A model generated the notes under the pieces. The model was not told the DNA's origin. It worked only from the letters and a program-made list of their open reading frames with translations, and searched no databases. Shown here in pieces: positions 60,008-64,000 of a DNA stretch of 64,000 nucleotides. The translations under genes were made by a program, and so were the position numbers. Location: contig CAJINV010000002.1 of assembly GCA_905178155.1 (NCBI GenBank), positions 12,347,621-12,411,620 of the forward strand, read 5' to 3'. Position 1 is the first letter of the stretch; every line of letters begins with the position of its first letter. The DNA comes from Amoebophrya sp. A120. Taxonomy: Eukaryota; Protista; Dinoflagellata.

Positions 60008-62758
60008 TTAGGTGCGGGGGGCGAAGATTGGAATAATGTCATCGGCGAATTCGCGCTTTCCCATCACGATCATGTTGCAGATCCACCCGATGTTGCGGAT
60101 CTCCTGCTCCTTGAGCTTGGCGTAGGCGTAGAAGACGCCGTAGTGGAACTGCTGATCGATATGGGAGTGTCAGAGTTGAAATCGACAAAGTTGAAATGAT
60201 TTGTGATGCATAAAATGCGACACAAAGACTGACTCTATTGCTGAAGGCGCAACGGAGGCAGATTCTACTGCTGGCAAGGGTCAAGAAGTGGGCTGCTGAC
60301 TAGCATGACAGGGAGCAGCCATCTTGCCCTAAACAGCATGACAGACTTGCTTCAGAGACCAGGAAAATTTGTCATGCGCCGATTGGAAACTGTGGGTCCA
60401 ACTGGTATAGATTTTATGCATCACAAATTATTTCAACTTTGTTAATTTCAATCCTGACACTGCCATAATCGAAGCTCAACTCGTACAGTTTCGCGGTCTC
60501 CGTGAAAAGCATGTCCTCCATATTACAATGAAGAATGCCCCCACCCCCGAACTTGGGAGCATTTGTATTGCAAACCTTTCCAAATGAAACATTCGCCCTC
60601 TTGCATCTATCAGCATCACAGGTTTCCAATCGTGAATAGCAAAGATTTGTAATTGCAAAAGACCCTAGCATGAGCGGCGCTTGTCATGCAAGCGATGCGA
60701 TACACGCCTACACTCTGCATCAGAAAGATACATACTCCTTTCATGCATGACAAAAAGTTTTCATTTGGAAACTTCGCATCACAAATTTTTGCAATTTCAG
60801 GGGTGGGGGGCACTTTTCACTGCAATATTCCATCGACTTGATGTTTCGCCCGATCTTCTGTTCCTTCCGCGCTTCCTTGTCGTAGTACATCTTCACGCTG
60901 TCGAACAGCTCTCGGTAAATGTTGTACGGCTCGATGGCGGCGCGGACGGTGGTCTGGTTCCAAGCCTTGCACAACTTCTCGGTACCTAACAGGTGGACCA
61001 TCGTGATTTAAAGCTAAAGCAGCTAAAGGTAGAACCACAAAAATCGGGGAAGTAGCGATGCTATTTTGCGTACGAAGATAAAGAATGAACGCTAAGATGC
61101 AAAAAAACTCACTACAACATCGACAGGACAGAAACTGAAAACAAAACCGTTCTTTTCTTACCTTCTGGATACAGGTAGCCAATGCTTGGGTAGAGCGCAT
61201 TTCGGTCAGCAATCTTTTGTTGTGAGCCAAGGCTTGTGTTCAAACTGTTCAGGGTGATGTTCAAAACTCGAAAATCTGCCTCGGACTGCAAGATGTGACC
61301 CATGATCTGTCGTTGTTGATTTTGTGTATACTGCATCTATATGAGGTGTCCTTCAGAAGCAGTAACATGATTTGCAAGGCAATTCCAGAGTCACACGGTA
61401 ACCGGGGTGGCGCAAATTTATCTTATTCAGGCAAATAAATCCTATACCCGAGCTAAGTATCAGTTGTACCTCTCCCGTCATGCCGCCCAGGCCGCAGCAG
61501 AACCCGTAAAAGTTCTCCAACCAGGTCTTCTTCAAGAGGTTCTTTAGTACTTCCAAGTCCTGCTCCGTCAAAAGAGATCCGACATCTGTTGTGTTGACCA
61601 CTTTTCTTCTTTATCCCACTGATGCCTACGTGGGTGTCTGCAGCTCCCATCTTACTTTACACACAGTTATTTAGTAGAACCAAATAACGCTGCGAAAGAC
61701 TATAAAGCATGAGAAACTGGCTGGTGCCCCTTTCTTTTTTGCTGAGATGATGACCCTCCGACGTTCTTAAGGTGAAAACATCATCATGTAGTTGTACTGC
61801 ATCAAGTATATTTTTGACAATTACCGGTGTCTCTTCCCAACGGCTTGCCTTCGTCTGACAGGGACTTCAAGACCGATTCGAAGTACGGGCCCACCGGGGT
61901 GTCTATCAGGATGGTCTGGTACAAATCTTCGTAGCCCTGGGACAAGTCCAGAGATGGAATGGCTTTCATCTCGTCAAAGAAGCCCAGCGGATCCGCCTTC
62001 GCCAGCAACTCGATAGCTGGCTTGCCGTTCAGGGCGCCTGGGAAATTTTTTTTTGCTGTGCATCAACTTGCTTTTCAAAACGTAGGACTTCTCCACCCGA
62101 GAGAGCAGGTCGTAGAAATGAACTTTGTTGCAATCGATTGGCTTGCGGCTGTGGCATTCGAATCACAGGCATGGCAAAAAAGGTCGTAATTTACCTTGCA
62201 AGAGGTTAATGATGTTGTCAATCATTTTGTCGATTTGAATGTAGTTCATAAAGGACACTAGCGGCTCCACACTCTGGGCCTTGATGTACTCAAATTCGTC
62301 TGCGAGCTTCTGCTTGGCCTGTTTTGTACTTTTTCAGATTCGAAATCTTCACGAGCAAGATGTATTCTTACTGAACCGTGGCCATGCACATGCTCCTGTT
62401 CATCATGCGCCTTCATCATGCGCCGACGTGACCTTTTCTGGTGCATCTTGCTAGTTACGCGCGCGTCATCGCACGGCTTCAGATGCTACTGCATCTTCCA
62501 AAATCGAAAAGTTAAAGTAAGATGGCATTGCATGCCTTTCTCCTTTACCTTCGCGACTATCGTGGAAATTTCCAGTGGACTCGGTTCGTCCTGCAAGAAG
62601 CTTCCGTAGTCGGTGTCATCCAGCGCCGTTCGCACGTCTTCTAAAGATTCGCAAGCACCCAACTTTCGGTAGTCATCGGGCGTGAGGAAGCCGCACTTCA
62701 GACCGCGGAGGATACCCTCGGAGTAGCCCCCCGTCATGTTGAAAAGGGACTCCTCCAT
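60008..62758 (-). CDS. VMA6: V-type H+-ATPase V0 subunit d, multi-exon
   Basis: [89 protein letters not shown]. Confidence 0.95.
60160..60467. mobile_element. 308-bp TIR introner, direct repeat ATCGA
   Basis: atcga|tatgggagtgtcag...ctgacactgccata|atcga; removal gives LSFD-QQFHYG. Confidence 0.93.
60521..60827. mobile_element. 307-bp TIR introner, flanks CTCCA/TTCCA
   Basis: tattacaatgaagaatgcccccacccc pairs with ggggtggggggcacttttcactgcaata; removal gives KSME-DMLF. Confidence 0.9.
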
Positions 62759-63554
62759 GGTTGCACGGTTTACTTCAAAAAAAAGCAAATCAAACCATAC
62801 AACTCTTTTTCTACTTCTTTGCCTTTGTAGTTACGTCGAAAATTGTAGTTCCTCCGCCGGAGTTGATCTTGAAGCCCCAAGCCTCAGGCTCGTGACAGTG
62901 AAAACACGACGAGAAAAAACAAGGCCAAGGAGGGAACTGAAGAAGAAGGAGAAACGATGTATGTATGGTTATCAGTGAGCGTGCAAGAACGACGACAGCG
63001 TCACACTTTGTTCATACAAGTACTTACTTATCTTGTTAAAGAAACAGAAAGTAGAAGCAACTCCATGTTGTAAATCAATGAGCCTGAATGCCTCTGCTTT
63101 CTGTATTTTTGAACACAGGTCACAAAACGAGAACACGCGTCGCCGGTGTGAATAAATCCTGTAGCTGTGCTGTCAATGTTATTTTCGACGGGGTTCCAGC
63201 ACGATCAGATTGATAACTACTCATTCATCGGCCCTCCCAGAGGATCAGTACACTCATAGTGCTGCAGCACGTGCACCAGTCACATTTTTTCGTGCGCTTC
63301 GAGAAGATACTTCGACCTTGGCGGGGTAAATCAACTTCAACTACATCGTGGTGGGCGTGTCACATATTATAGGGAGAGAGCTCCGGGTTTTCTTGGAAGG
63401 GTCAATAGCGCATGTTCTGGTTTGATCGGGCTATTTTCACTTGTGTCCTGCTCCTACAATGTGGTCGGGGCTAATCAAAAAAGACTTAAACGGCGAGGCA
63501 GGCAACCATATACAACTAAGTAGAGTGCTAGACTACAAACGGTCGGCTCGGCGT

Positions 63555-64000
63555 TCATTTCCGCGCAGCCCGGCCACGTCCGCGCTGCCGCGCCGTGCCG
63601 CCGTTCTGCTCCTCAGCGGTCGTCGTTTCTTCGTCACCGTCTGCTTTTCCCCTCATTTCTATTTCTGTCTTTGGCTTGTTGCCGAACACGTGCTCGTCCA
63701 GCACCTCGTCGAGTGATTTGCCATCCTGTAGAAGAGTGTACTGCATCAGCGTTGCACCGAGAACGAGCTGGCAGTACTTTGCACCGGTGACCACACCGTA
63801 GATCTGCCACTCGGGAATCCCGGAGAGCATTCCAGTGATCACCAGGATCGCGGTGGGCACCGGTGCGGGGGACACTTGGATGAGAAAAAGACCAAACATG
63901 CCGTACTTTTGCCCGTAGTCCGCAGCGGTTTCGATCCAGTCCGACCCCATCAGTCCGGTCTTTTCCAACACATACTCGGCGCCCCCGGACTTCATCAGCG
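63555..64000 (-). CDS. DedA/VTT (SNARE-associated) membrane protein, 3' part
   Basis: YGMFGLFLIQVSPAPVPTAILVITGMLSGIPEWQIYGVVTGAKY. Confidence 0.65.
   Translation of the reverse strand, partial: LMKSGGAEYVLEKTGLMGSDWIETAADYGQKYGMFGLFLIQVSPAPVPTAILVITGMLSGIPEWQIYGVVTGAKYCQLVLGATLMQYTLLQDGKSLDEVLDEHVFGNKPKTEIEMRGKADGDEETTTAEEQNGGTARQRGRGRAARK

Noticed and set aside
1-64000. rRNA, tRNA, dinoflagellate spliced-leader relics, telomeric repeats
   Set aside because: None recognised by eye; a covariance-model search would be needed to exclude them.

Overview
Eukaryotic, gene-dense genomic DNA. It is most likely from a parasitic syndinian dinoflagellate of the Amoebophrya type; this is an inference from the alveolate-like genes and the abundant non-canonical inverted-repeat introns. 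The window has three layers. (1) Bases 1-~16.9 kb are a GC-rich, plus-strand block that looks like a giant DNA transposon. It holds an intact, spliced ~2000-aa protein with a DDE-transposase-like motif series, two orphan cargo genes and two kilobase-scale nested palindromes. (2) Bases 16.9-64 kb are a uniformly minus-strand run of host genes: CDPK, PP2C, BTB-BACK protein, ERLEC1/OS-9-like lectin, ANKRD13-like protein, V-ATPase V0 subunit d, a DedA/VTT protein and hypotheticals. A 5.7-kb tyrosine-recombinase (DIRS-like) retrotransposon is inserted precisely into one secreted-protein gene. It has an unusual two-module layout (B-YR-A-B-RT/RNaseH-A) and a canonical GT-AG intron inside its RT domain. 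(3) At least 15 short TAT...ATA terminal-inverted-repeat elements, most with 5-bp direct repeats, sit mainly inside coding exons and behave as introns (introners). One near-identical pair occurs in opposite orientations relative to its host genes, and all families share an internal TGTNATGC motif.
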